Assembly: GCA_904063045.1 (NCBI GenBank)
Contig: CAJFCJ010000028.1
Coordinates: forward strand, 248,001 to 312,000
Direction of reading: 5' to 3'
Source: Dimorphilus gyrociliatus
Taxonomy: Eukaryota; Animalia; Annelida
Length of the DNA stretch: 64,000 nt
Shown here in pieces: positions 49,061 through 62,200 of this stretch (position 1 is the first letter of the stretch; each line of letters opens with the position of its first letter). The notes under the pieces were generated by a model. That model saw nothing but the letters and a program-made list of their open reading frames with translations, was not told the DNA's origin and ran no database searches. The position numbers were made by a program, and so were the translations under genes.

Positions 49061-52000
49061 TTATGCATCATACTGTTTTTTATTTTCAAGTGTTATTTCA
49101 TTTGTACTAGCGAAACTGTTTGTTCTAGCTTGATATGGTGTTTCTCTATAACTTTTCCATTTGTAAATAATAGCAGCAAACACGCTAACAACAAGACCGA
49201 GAGCAATCGTTATCCCTATACCAAGTCCTATTTTTGACGCAGTTGATAGAGACACAGTTGGTTTTTGAGTTGGATCTGCAGATAAAATAATGTTCCTTTC
49301 ATATAATTGACATAATATTACAAAGAATATACCTAATAAAAGCTGTGTTTGGCAAACATAAGGAAAATAACGCCCAGTGCAACTCTGACTAGTCCAATAA
49401 CCGTGTTTAGTCAAGTTTAAAGTAACACAATCTCTTTTCTTTCTGTCATTGTGATACCAAAACTCAAAGGCTGGTAGTTTACCTGATTCCCAAATATATC
49501 CACTTCTGTTTCGTCTCCTCATACCAATCCATACACCCTCTTGGAAAGAAGGTATATGTTTTTCAGCATATTGTTTAATAAAATAATTTTCCTCAAATGA
49601 TTCAATCTCTGCTAAAGTAGCGCCAGCTCTTGTACAATCCCTTAACGCTTCTTTGTAATCTACCATATGAGATTTTCCAAAAAGTAAGCATTTATCACCA
49701 AATATTTCCCAGACATCCTCGTTAGAAGGCTTCTGAGGGCATCTTCCTTTTACAGGCACAGGAGTAGTTGGATATAGAAGTTTTCTAACTTTGCATGCAT
49801 ACTTAATTTTGGAACGACTTTTACAAGGTGTACTCTCCCAGAAGCCAGTAATTCTTTTATCTTTTTCAACCTTAAGAACAGCACAGTTTTCGCTTGTAGG
49901 ATGATTATCAGCCCAGTTTTCATAAGACAAAGGAGTGTAATCAGACCATTTGTATGGATGGTTCGGGGATCTACGATGTATTCCCAACCATAGTGATTCA
50001 TCTCTACTATATTTTGCCTTAATCGTTTCAGTTAACCAAGCTTGCTCCGTTATATCATGAACGCTCATTAGGCTAGCATGACGGGAGCCTAGTCTGACAC
50101 ATCTTTGTTTTGCCTCTAGAAAGCTTCTAGCCTCCCAATTTCTCTCTGAAAATAAATAGCAATAGCTGCCACGACCAATCCAAGTTCCCTGATTTGGATC
50201 AGGGCACAATCCATTGACGTAGGAAGGCGTCGTCAACATTAAGCCATAGGGTGTTTTGCAAATGCTTGGCAATTTTTCATTGCAGCTCAATGATTTCCAC
50301 TTCCCAGTAGATGAAATAGCAACGCACTTCTCTTTATTTTCAGGGGTTTCCTCCCATTTCGTATAAACAACAACTGAACCATCGCTCCAGAGAAAAGTAC
50401 CATTAGAATTAACACTATTCATTCCAATCCAATAATATTTATCACTATGAACAATGTGAAAAGTTAATGCAGCATTCAACATCTCCGAGTGAATAGATGC
50501 CAAGTTCATTTTCTATTATTATTTCAATTTTTTTATAATTTTAAAAGAGATAAATAAAAATTAAAAGACCTGATTTTTACAAGAGTTCAATGCTTGTGCC
50601 CAAGTATGAACTTTATTTTGCATATTATAACAGCCATCACCTAGAAATTTTCCTTTTTCACACTTTGTCTTAACGATGGGAGTTGATAATAAATCACTCT
50701 GAGCTGATAGATGTTAAAAGATGATTTATATAATATAGAAGTAATAATTACAATTTGATGTAACTGAATTTACTTTTTTTCATGCTGCATACATAGCCTT
50801 TTTTATCCGATCTACCCGAACTTGTTTGCCACATACCTTCTTTCAAACTTGAATCATCCGGTCCAAAAGTTGATAAGTAAGCGTAATACTACAATATTAC
50901 AATTACCCTTTTAATTTACATTTCATATATTAATTATTTCTTAATTGTAAATAAAACAGACCTTATACAGCGTTGGTTCACCATCGTACCAATTACCATA
51001 ATCATCATCTGTACGTCTTGGAGAATTGTCAGACCAAACCCATTCTGCATTGCCTGTACCTATTGGCTCGTGTAAACCAAACCATATGCCGTTGTTAAGA
51101 TCTGTATTTATCATTTTTGAAGTAATTAAAAGATTCTCTTCGAAACTATTGATTGTTGCTAAGTCGGATGCCGGGTTTAACGTTCTACATTTATTCTGAG
51201 CTTCATTCCAAGATAGTCCATTGTTTTCATCCAAAAATACTATTCTAAAACACTTTTCAGAAGATCCTATCCAACTTTTTGGACAATATCCTTTCAGAGG
51301 TGTGGGATTTGTCGTTGGTTTAGGTGTAGGCTTTTCTCCCTTTTTAACCTTGCAAATATATGGTCTATGACTTCCACAATTAAGTGTTTTCCATTCAGGT
51401 GGATTCAAACTAACTACAATCAGAATATATTTTTTAAACATGTATAAAAAAATTAATAAACCCAAATTAATTAAATTTTATGCTTACATCTATTCCTGTA
51501 ATTTTGAACACATCGAAAATTATCAGGCTCTTTAGGTTGTTCGGGTTCTTTAAAGTTTTTATAATCATATTTTTTACCATCAGACCATCTACAGTAAGTC
51601 ATGAAAAGAAGTAAACATGTGTAAAATGTTAAATAATTAATGTATAGTAATAAAGAGTACAAACTCGAATTTCTTTCGATTTAATATATTAAGACCAATG
51701 AAGACCTGCTCTATTTCTCCAGAGTCAGTTTTCTAAGAATAAAAGATTTTTATTAACAGTTTGAACAGAAAATTGAATACACTGGTGTGTTTTACTGTTA
51801 AATTATCGTTGACGAACAACTGTTCATCTTCGCTTAGTATACTAATTAAATTTCCTCCTTGAGCATTACAATTTTCTTCTGCTTTAAACCAATTAGTTTT
51901 CTCTTCATTTAATTTATAGCAATAATTATTAAATTCTTTCCACTTATCTAAGCATTTCGAAATATCTATAAAATAGATCTAGTATATATAATCATAGTAC

Positions 52001-52101
52001 TTTATTTATTATATATACATATATAGTATATAGAAACCTTTATGAGCAGTTGAAAAGGTAATCAATGATAAAAGAAGTATTATTCCTTGACTGTAGGTCA
52101 T
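49061..52101 (-). CDS. Multi-domain C-type lectin receptor (mannose-receptor-like), signal peptide, 5 CTLDs, TM, short tail
   Basis: Signal exon MTYSQGIILLLSLITFSTAHK (ATG 52101). CTLD motifs CYKL..WFKAEENC, WFGLHE, YWIGMN, LWLGIH and VWIGMR. TM IGLGIGITIALGLVVSVFAAIIY. Confidence 0.88.
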
Positions 52102-54451
52102 TTTCGCATTAAATAAATTCTTTTAAACGCATTTTTCTTTATCAATTAAATTTGTAAGCCAATTCAAAACCATACTTGAGATTATCTAGTTTTTGTTCAT
52201 GATGACTATGCGTTGCTTAATTTTTTTAATCCACTTGAAATAGGAGATAAAACTGTCTATAGAAGACTAAGTTTAATCAAGTTTTTCTTAATTATTGCAT
52301 CTAAGGAAATCTTCTTATTAAGCACTTTTTAATTATATTTAAGCTATAGAATATAAAAAGTCATGTTTTTATTGTAAATTATAAATAGTATATAATTTAT
52401 TTGAATATATATTATACATGCTTTTACAGATTATCATATAAAACGCTTACTTCTTATCGATTACCTTGATATCAGTAGCTAATTATCAACATGTATAAAA
52501 AGTGCAAAAATTAAAAATGATAATTACATATTTTATTACCCGGAATAGGTTTAAATGGTTTCTATATCGACGCAATTCGGTTTTCAATTTTTAATAGACT
52601 AATCATAGATAACTGACATAATTGTTCAAACAATGTCACAAATGGTACAGAGAAACAAAGGCGATATATACAATATATATATATACTGTATATCCATTTG
52701 CAAAGGTAAAATATTTTCCACAAGTTGATTCAGTTCGATTTAAGGTTCCATTAGCGTTTCCAACGTTTTTCATTTTCTTCCTTGAAAGCAAATTTATCTG
52801 TCATTCTTTTGTGAAAGAAAAACGTTTATAGGCTTATATATACTATATTGGACAGTAATATATTCTTTAGATATATAGTATATACGTAAAAAAAAATTGT
52901 ATTTATTACTGTGTAAGCATTGATTGTAAAATATTTTTTTTGTCCTCCTCTACCCTTTCGAGGGAATTGGAAATGTCAATTTTCTCTATTTAATACGCCT
53001 GTAGAAGTTTGATTACAGCAATTGGTATATTATACGAAACTATAATCGTTCCTTTTGTAGGTATAAATTCAATATTTATAGAATATACTGACTAGTCTAA
53101 TAGTACGTGCGGTCTGTCATAAACCATCTATTCCATTAGATTGGTTATTTTATTATTATTTTTTTATATACCTAATAAATATATGAGTCTTTGGTTGTTT
53201 CATTTTTCATTATCGAAATAGACACATAGTTATGCTAAAATTGTTAGTAGAACCAATATATTCTTCTTTATCCATCAAGAATTATCCTCTCTTAAAAAGA
53301 CTTTTAACAAATATCCCAGAAAATATCTCAAAGGAAAAATTCTTTAGAAAGTTTAGGAATTGAAAACTTTGAGAAGATACAATACGAATGGTTATATATA
53401 GTCATACTAGAGGACTTGAAGAGTTTTTTTTTGGTAGAGATAGGATTGTACAAGAGTTGTTGACTTGTATAATGGATACCTGAGTGTCCTATTAAATCAA
53501 GAAATAAATTAGCAAGAAATATTTATCTAGTAAATATAGGTCAAAAAGTGCGACATATTATAGATGAGTAAAAGTTGAATAAATATAGACCAACAGAATC
53601 AAAGGTTCAATGTCTTTAGAAAGTTATTAATCATAATAATTAAAACACTTAGACTTTTAGTTTATAGAAAGATAAACAAACTATAAATGCAGCAGTGTAA
53701 CATTAAAATATTTCAAATTAACGAGTCAGAAACTTATATTATAATCGTTTAGACTATTTTCATTAGTAACTAAGATTTATAATAATAACTATATCTCTAA
53801 GATAAAGATGTTTCTTTCTAAAAATAATACTTTGTTAAAAGAACAAGATCTTTTGATAAAACTTTAATAAACTTCTCTGTAAAATATCAAAAAAGAAGCT
53901 TTTATATAGTGCATTAAATAATTCTACATGTACAGTAGAACTTCACATCTATTCTATGATCTTTTGTTTTATATCATATTGTCTTTAGCATAAAATCATT
54001 TAAATGGTTACGTTTCATGACGAAAGTATGTTATTTATTCCAGACATATAAGTTTGCGATATTAGTATTACGAACTTTAGAATTACTTGTGCTATTAATC
54101 ATCATTTCAGCAATGTTCTTAGTCATATGAGGAAACATTAAGATACCCCTTGAGTTTAGTGCAAATATTAACTTATTCCCTCTAGTCTTAATCTACATTG
54201 AAATGTATTGAATTAGTTTTTTTCCTTTGTTTTTCTGGCATAAATCCTCAATATCTAATAAATATGTATTAGTGTGAAAAGTTCTGGTATACTGTCAATA
54301 TTTATATCAATATGAGTTTGAAACCTAAAAGCTAAGAGATATGATAACAGATATGGTGTTTAAATTACTATTAAGTTGTATTATAATTTTAGCCTAAAAG
54401 AGGTTATGTTTGGTATTCTGAAATATTCTTGTTAAAGTCTTATATCACCCG

Positions 54452-55720
54452 TTATTCCTTGTTTAGGTCATGTAATTTGTCTTCGTCAACATTTTCTAAA
54501 TTTGTGATCTTTATCGATCCTTTGATAGAAATTTTTCCAATTGGACTATCCCTGCAAATGTCTTCACCATCGACTCTCCGACAAATCCAATCAAGTACTC
54601 GTATGTTCTCGCCAAATCCAGGCCACAATAGTGAATGAGATTTTGGATCTTCCCTAAACCAATTAACATGAAAGACTTTTGGCATTTTTCTTCCAGGTTT
54701 TTCTATAGAGTATCAGTGTTGTAGATATAACCTTAAGCTGTGTAAAAAATGCGTCTCATGGCCATTGGATCGTTTATGAGACTACCTCTTTCGAATAGCC
54801 CAGAACGGGTATGTTGAGACTTGAAAGAAGCTCCAACATAAACGCCAAGCTGCCAATCGAGAGATTCGTAAACTAATGGGCTACCTTCTAGCTGTCTGGT
54901 GCCAAAGTGTATAGAGTCAATTGAAAAACTTGCGGGTTCATTATAGTCCTCATGGATCATGGTGAAATTTTTCTTTTAACAGTACAATCTTGAAATTGCA
55001 TGAGCTATTCGAGCAATTTCTCCAACTTTACCATCCTTGTTAAGATATGTTTTAACTTCAGCTCCGTTTTCGATCCCATCTAAGCCTTTCCAATATGGCC
55101 TTTTATCATCAGTAATACCGGTGTTTGTAAAAATAGCATCTTTTTTGCATGCAGCCAAGGCGAGGGGATTCGTTTTTGAAGAAGTTCCAGGGGCAACTCC
55201 GAAAAATCTATTTATGGGCTAACAGCCCGAAGATTTCGCCCGGAATCGAATTTTATCTAAGCAATGTCATCCCTGATGCATTTAATTTTCCATTTCTTGT
55301 TAAAGCCATCAGAAGGTTGCATCATTGCCATATTAGTCTTTTCCAAACGACGAAGAAAAGCCGCCGGCTATAAAACATTCTTTTCCCTGGGGAGAGGTCA
55401 AGGACACGATTATCATGTCCTATGCTAACCATCCTTCCTATAATCCAAGTTTGGAGGCTATTCGAAGAATAAGGTACTTTTTAGGCATGATAAAGTTGTC
55501 ACCAAATCCACTACGGAAACCAACCGAAAGCTTTGGTTTAGTCCTGATATGATGAAATATGTAGATTTCTCAGGGTCACAAGGTCATGTATTTTCAATGC
55601 CATCTGATTTACTTCCATGACAACCTAATAAACGAAAAAGTTCGTTCAGAATTATATACAGTATATATGTATTCAGTTGAAAATCCTGTAAATGATCGCC
55701 ATCTACAGGTTAACTGTTTT
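54452..55720 (-). pseudogene. PCK: GTP-dependent phosphoenolpyruvate carboxykinase pseudogene (3' ~60% of the gene)
   Basis: Recognisable blocks NT*PCDPE, LRIAS..*EGWLA*DM, GKTNMAMM (frameshifted), DDIA*IKFD, FFGVAPGTS, LVYESLDWQLGVYVGA, DPMAMR, PKVFHVNWFR, WPGFGENIRVLDWI. Multiple in-frame stops and frameshifts. Confidence 0.9.
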
Positions 55721-57928
55721 TTTGTTTTTAAATCATTCTTTTCTACTTCCTTCCTCATTATTTCCGAGGAAGAGTAACTCTAATTATTACTTGTTAGGAA
55801 ATTCTTAACTATGTAGGCCTATATCGTGCCAAAATAAAAACAAGAAGAGTGTAACTAAGAGGATTAATCGTTGGTGTGAAATAAATAATTAACAAAAAAC
55901 TCATAATCTATGCAAACAAAAGCACACTAGCACTATGTGAGCTTCTTGCGTAATGCCTGCTCTCCTCCTCTCCTGACAGATCTTATCATGAAGCACATGA
56001 GAAATTTTACTCATTATTCACATGCGTGATACCACATAGGGTGAATCGGTTATCTGAACACCATATTGCACCATATCAGAATCTATTGGTTCGAGTGCAA
56101 AGGGTAAAGCGTATGTAGTTCTCCCTTTGCATCTTCTATCTCTTTTGCTTCTTTAACGAAACTTCCATTTTGCCTACATTCGAATTTCAACATTCTACAG
56201 TTATACACAACTATCTCGTTTCAGGCAAAAATGGGGAGCGAACAATTTTCACACGGGCAATTGAAAGCTAATAAATTAATAGCAAAATGAAATTATTCCT
56301 TAAACTAACCTAGATTATCTAATTACAACGAACGAATTAATAAATTCTATATGATTGTATGCATTCAGTCATTCTCTCTTCTTGTAAGTATGGCTATCAA
56401 TTAAATTAGAAAAAATTACCAACTACACGATTTGATCTTTGTTATTTTATTATAATTTGATAACATCACGATTTGAGAAATATAAAATGCAGAATTTCAG
56501 TGAATAGCCTATATTATAATGTATACTGTATATATAAAATTATACATATTTATACGTCTATTCTAAATATGTAAGGAGCGAAGGAAAAAGAAAACTGAGA
56601 GAGCATTGGGGTAAATAAGGCGTCGATAATCTACTAGCCATCGAATATTAACTACAGTGCCACTTTTAGGCACCTATCTCGTTTTCCCAACGGATTTTGG
56701 CGTCGCAGGCGTCTATTAAATTGACTAGCATGGTTTTTGATGATTTTTCATGTTACTATACAGCTTTTACTTATTCAACATTGGCGATTACTTCTTTTTT
56801 GATACATCTAATTCCCTTAAGGCGGATACATCGTTTTGTAAAAGATTCCCGTTCTATAGCTTCATTAGACGTTAATTTATGTTAATTTTATGCACAAAAT
56901 GCCCTTGTTGAGCTTAACGAAGCGGCCGTAGAATTATTGGATAATGTCGAATAAATCGTGATGGTGTGAGATGGGCGGAAATTTACAATGTATTCTTATA
57001 AAGGAGACGCCTTTGTATTTTCAACGTCTTAGTGGCATCTTGGTACATTAACATCATTATCAAAAGGATATCTTGAAGAAATTTATGTAAGGAACGTTTA
57101 TCGTAATCATTACATATTTTATTATCAGCAACTCCCCCTGGTGATTGGTAAAATTCCGCAACTCAATAGTTCTTTCACGACTTAAGCGTTATAAATCTTA
57201 TGGACGTTACATAATTATAGCATTGGAGAAAAATTGTTCATTTCTAGAGTTTTCTAGTGCATTCTATTTCGTCTAATAGGCCTAATTTATTCTACTAGCG
57301 ACGGTTTTATATTTCGTTACTGTAGATTACTTGGTTGCAGCTTATTGTGTAGGAAAAGGCAACCAAGTGTAAAACTATATGGGATGTTAAGCAACAGTGA
57401 CATGTGTCAATTTTCGAATGACAAACAAAGATTAATACAAACATGCCTACATTTTAGGGTGAAGAGTACGCTGTAGCCCACACATAAACACTATATAGCA
57501 GGTTAAAAATAGACTTGCATATATATATTTATCACCTAATGGTCATTTTCTACTAACAGCGTGACGCTCAATCCAACAGTAACGTATTAAATGAGACGTC
57601 TGAAAGCGCTTTTGAATTTAGTTTTCTTATGAATATTTCCTCGTTTTTAAATCTGTCTAATTATACGTCTAAGTGAGAAATCGACGCTAAATCTTTCCTC
57701 TTTAATGTAATTTCTCAGGTCGTCACTGTTTTTATTCCCAGATGATTAACGAAGAAGAAAAGATAAAGCTAGAAAGACAGAGTGAAGAAGTGATGGGAGG
57801 AGTGTGGGGGAGAGTTAAGACGAAATATTTAGTTTCATTAAAATAACCTAAATTGTTTTTCTTAATAATTTAATAGAACTTTCATTAATTTTTAATAAAA
57901 ATAAAAAAAGACTAAGAATAGTAACAGT

Positions 57929-57929
<1 letters not shown>

Positions 57930-57960
<31 letters not shown>
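57930..57960. repeat. (AG)n microsatellite
   Basis: Direct reading of the sequence. Confidence 0.95.
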
Positions 57961-57964
<4 letters not shown>

Positions 57965-58193
57965 AAGAGAGAGGGAGAATAGGAAAAAAACTCATCATTA
58001 AACCTGATGTTTTGTTTGGATGGTTTTAAAAGTCTCTTTACTATCCAATAAACACTATCTCACCCATAATAACTTTGTGTAATAAATCATGCAGACAAGC
58101 TGAGTGGAGTTAAGTCTTTTTTATTGTATTTTCCTAAGAATAAATAAAAATTATATAAAATATAGGGTGCTGTATATTATATATTTCTATATT

Positions 58194-58224
<31 letters not shown>

Positions 58225-58653
58225 CATGTTTATTTATAAGTATACAATATATAATGTATTTATTGCGCAATAACACTAAATATCTTGCTAATCAATAGCA
58301 ATATTTATTTTTTGTTTTGTAAAGAATTGGCGGCAAATTACCGTTTTGATTTGGAATATACGGTATTTAATAATTTTTATGTTTTTATTCTGTCATAGAA
58401 ATATGACAAAATAGCTTTGTAATACTGGATTATTTATTCAACAACTTCATTCGTATAATATTTAATATAAACGATATAATAAACAATAATAGATGTTGAT
58501 AAATTGTGCAGTAAAACTTCCAATATGTACAGATGTTGATGTAAAAGTAGGCTATTTCTTTTTAGTATTATTTTGCAGTATAATGCAGTGCAATGACATG
58601 TTTCTTTTTATATACACCAATAACAATCCTAGTAAAATATATAGGCGGTAGTA

Positions 58654-59145
58654 TCAAAAACATATATCCAAATCGTCAGTTAGATTAACCGATAATCTTG
58701 ATAATCCAGACTCAAACGACGAACAAGGCGTGAGAGGATTAGAGAAAGGTTTGGTCGGCCTATGATCGAACGTTAACACTATCCATTCGTTAATCTCGGA
58801 ATCTCTCCTCCCCGAGGCCTCCAATTTCTCTAAGGCATCGGAAAAATCGCCCGCATCTTTTTCCAGTACATCGTCTAATTCTTTTTCATAAACGCCGTCA
58901 TAGTTGTCATCAACGCTATCAAAGCTATCCTCGGCTGAGAATCGACCCGAATCCCTAGGAGATGAGAGTGAGGCCCAAGAATGTTTCTTCGGGACAACAT
59001 CTTCTATTTCGCATGCGTCTATTTTCGATGTAACGGAATCTATTCTTTTGATAAGAGTTTTAACATCCGTTACAACGGCTTTAATATTATCCAGAACATT
59101 CTTCAATCCAGAGACGACGGAGCGAAGTTTTTGCTGCACGGACAT
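58654..59145 (-). CDS. 163-aa protein with an N-terminal helix resembling the Largen (PRR16)/INSYN1 family
   Basis: Open 163-codon frame with protein-like composition directly after a TTTTTCAG acceptor. VQQKLRSVVSGLKNVLDNIKAVVTDVKTLIKRIDSVTSKID aligns ungapped with remembered INSYN1 IRQRMKMVIGQLEGILRELKEVAKELREVVSQIDKLTSDFD. Confidence 0.7.
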   Translation of the reverse strand: MSVQQKLRSVVSGLKNVLDNIKAVVTDVKTLIKRIDSVTSKIDACEIEDVVPKKHSWASLSSPRDSGRFSAEDSFDSVDDNYDGVYEKELDDVLEKDAGDFSDALEKLEASGRRDSEINEWIVLTFDHRPTKPFSNPLTPCSSFESGLSRLSVNLTDDLDICF

Positions 59146-59270
59146 CTGAAAAAGTTAATGTCTACTTAAGACGTCTAAGTACCTTGTTATGTCAGCTTCA
59201 TTAATGTACCGGAGGCGATGTTCTCGTTAGTGAAAATTTGCTCGCTTTTAGGAGCTTAACTGCTGCAAAA

Positions 59271-59290
59271 GGGCGGAAGTGGGCGGGGTT
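59271..59290 (-). promoter_or_regulatory. Tandem GC boxes plus an ETS-like site upstream of the Largen/INSYN1-like gene
   Basis: GGGCGGAAGTGGGCGGGGTT in otherwise very AT-rich DNA, about 130 nt upstream of the ATG. Confidence 0.5.
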
Positions 59291-62200
59291 AGGGGCTTTT
59301 ACGTAGATTCCACTTATCGACAGGTAATGAGAAATATTAAGAGCCTAAAGACCTTAAAGGATTTAAATTTATATAAAGAAGAGTAATAGAAGAAGAAAAA
59401 ATAAAACCAAAGTAAAAATAAATGAAGCTTATTTTCCTTGGAGAAATTTTTTAATTATCTTTTCAAAAATGATAATCAAAGTCGTAAATCTACGGTAAGA
59501 CGGAGTCTCGGGAGTTATTTCAGAAAAGAAATTACTTTCTTTAAAATGGATAAAAAAAAAACAACACTGCTAGAAAATAAAACGTCCAGCCAATATTAAT
59601 TACCCTACTAGATTAAATAATTAACAAATGATTAATATAAAAAGGTAATACAATATATTATCTCTGAACGTATAATTATTGAAATAACATACGTGCTCTA
59701 TTACAGAGAGAGAGAGAGAGAAAGATTGAACTGAAAGGGAATAAAGGGAAAAACAACCTATAAAGTCTATTCAAAGGAAAGAGAAATATATGTGTAATTT
59801 TCTATTTAAAGCATAATTTCCGATAGTAAATTAACAAACAAAACTGGTATTTTTGAACGATAGCCAAGTATAGCCTATTAACTGTTTCTATAGAATATAT
59901 GAAAGATTACAAAAAATGAAGGATTTTGGCCAAATCGAGCCCTGGGGTGTATTTTTTTTATCTAAACAAAGCTTCTTTTGCATTATTAATTTTACTATAT
60001 TTTCTCCATTCCTTCGCACAGCTAATTATCTGGGCAGGAAATCCTACTAACGACTTTCAAACTAATCAGAAATTAAGTTTTATTCAATTGAATCGGGGTT
60101 TTTTTTTTGGAAATTAAGTAAAGTATATTGTGAATAATTAATAGAAGAGAAAAAAATCAAAGGTTTCATGGCAGAAGAGAGAAGGGAGGGGAAGAGAAAG
60201 CGAGTGAAAGAATTGGATATTGTCTTTGGTAAAGAAGAGCCAAACTTTTATTTTTGTTTATAATACTTTTATTTAGTTTATACTTACTTATCTGCAACCA
60301 ATTTATTGCTTGTAACAATTTATAAATACGGCTAATAAATACAGGCAATCAACACCTATTTATTCATGTATACTTATATAAAATGTATGAAAATCTATAT
60401 GTACATTATATATAAAAGAAAAAATGCTATAGAAGAAGAAATGCGACAAATTTCATTTACTGAAAGATGCAAAAAAAAAGCATTTATTTTTAAGAAACAA
60501 GACGAAATTCGCCCTTTAAGAGCCCCTCTGGCGTCTCATTACGGCGTTTGCCGGCTATGTAATAGATATATAACAGAAAAAAATTCCCTTCCAAATTAGA
60601 ACGATTCTGCCTGGAGGAGAATTTTTGCATTTCTCTCTTTCTCTTTCTCTCTCTATCTGTCTATTTCTATCTCTCTTATTCTGTTTAATAACTAGGGATA
60701 GAGTGAATAATTTCCCACGTCTATATTTTAAAATTAACACATACAAATATCGCTTAAATTGCTCTTAATTGCAATTATTGATTCTTTACATTTCCTTTAT
60801 TATTTTTACACTTTTTCCATTTGATTAAGATTTACTTAAAGAGAGGAGAATAAAGAAGGAGAAGAAGAAGAAGGGGAGGGGAGGAGGAGTAGAAGGGGGT
60901 GAAAAGTAGTAATAAAAGCAGCTATTATAAAGAGAGAGGAAGAGAAGTAGGAGGAGAGGGGGAAGTCTTAATTTTATACTTCGAAGTTTAAGAGATTTCC
61001 TATTGAAATACACCAAAGAACAATTTATTATCATTGTAATCAAGTATTAAAAAAGCACTTATTCTTGTCTAATTTTTTCTTAGTCAGTCGGTATTTCACT
61101 AGCCCATTGATTAGGTTCCTATAAAATTCGTTCTTGTTCTATGCAATATTCTATATGGGCTACTTTTTATATGTATACATGCCTGAACATACAATATATA
61201 CATACAGTATATATATACGTGTGTGTATATTTTATATAGTGTATAATACGTACTGTATGTACATATTAAATCTATTCATTTAGTTTATTGGCTTATTGAT
61301 TAAAATAGACATGCTGTGGTTCTTTTTTTAATATACATATAAATTATATATATATATCATGTATATATTTTCTTTTATATTTAAATAAGTATATCACTGC
61401 TGTATATTTTAATAATTACTAAATATAGATAGACGTAGAAAGGGAATGACCAGATGTATTTAATTTGTTTTAAATTTCCAAATTTCTCTTATTCTTTAGG
61501 CAAAGTATTGCTAAGTGTTATATCCCTAACTACAAATTCAACTAAATTGCTCGATGCAGCTGTAAAGAAGAACCAAGTGCTTTACTGCAGTTTTATCTGT
61601 ATTGCCCGATTTCCTACAGATTACATAATCTGATATTGGTTTATCGATTCGTTATATTTTCTTTATATGCTATTCGATATTTTTCATATACGAAAGGTTT
61701 TATTACATTGATCGTTTCAATGCGAAGAGTAAAAATTTTTGTTTCCCACCCCCTACTTTCTATTCTTATCCATTCTTTTCCTATCATTCTTCACCTTCAT
61801 TCCCCTCTCTCTCTTCTCCTTTTTACATTCAATCTTTGCTGCTCACTCTATCTTCCTATCTCTCATCGTCCCCCCTCTCTCTCTATCCTCCTTCTCACTG
61901 CCCCTTCCCCTTCCCTCTTCTCTCACTCTCTTTCTCTGTTTGATTTTCAGTTTTTCCCCATAACAAAGACAAGAATAAGAGTATTTTTAAGCTTTTATCT
62001 ATAAAGATTGCAATATATCTTTTACTATCATCTTATTTAATTCTTACAATTTTATGATTTACGTATTAGCTATGATTGATGTAGGGATTATTCATATTGT
62101 TGGGTTATTCTATCGCTGTTGAATACTCAAGGCGTGTCCATAAAAACGATCGATCAAAGATTATTCACTTTTTTATATTATTTAACTTTTGTACACAGAT

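Noticed and set aside
55270-55600. Stop-codon recoding in PEPCK (TAG/TGA at Trp and Glu positions)
   Set aside because: Frameshifts occur in the same stretch, and neighbouring genes use TAG, TGA and TAA as normal stops and TGG for Trp.
56060-56105. tRNA B-box-like GGTTCGAGTGC
   Set aside because: No cloverleaf, A box or acceptor stem.
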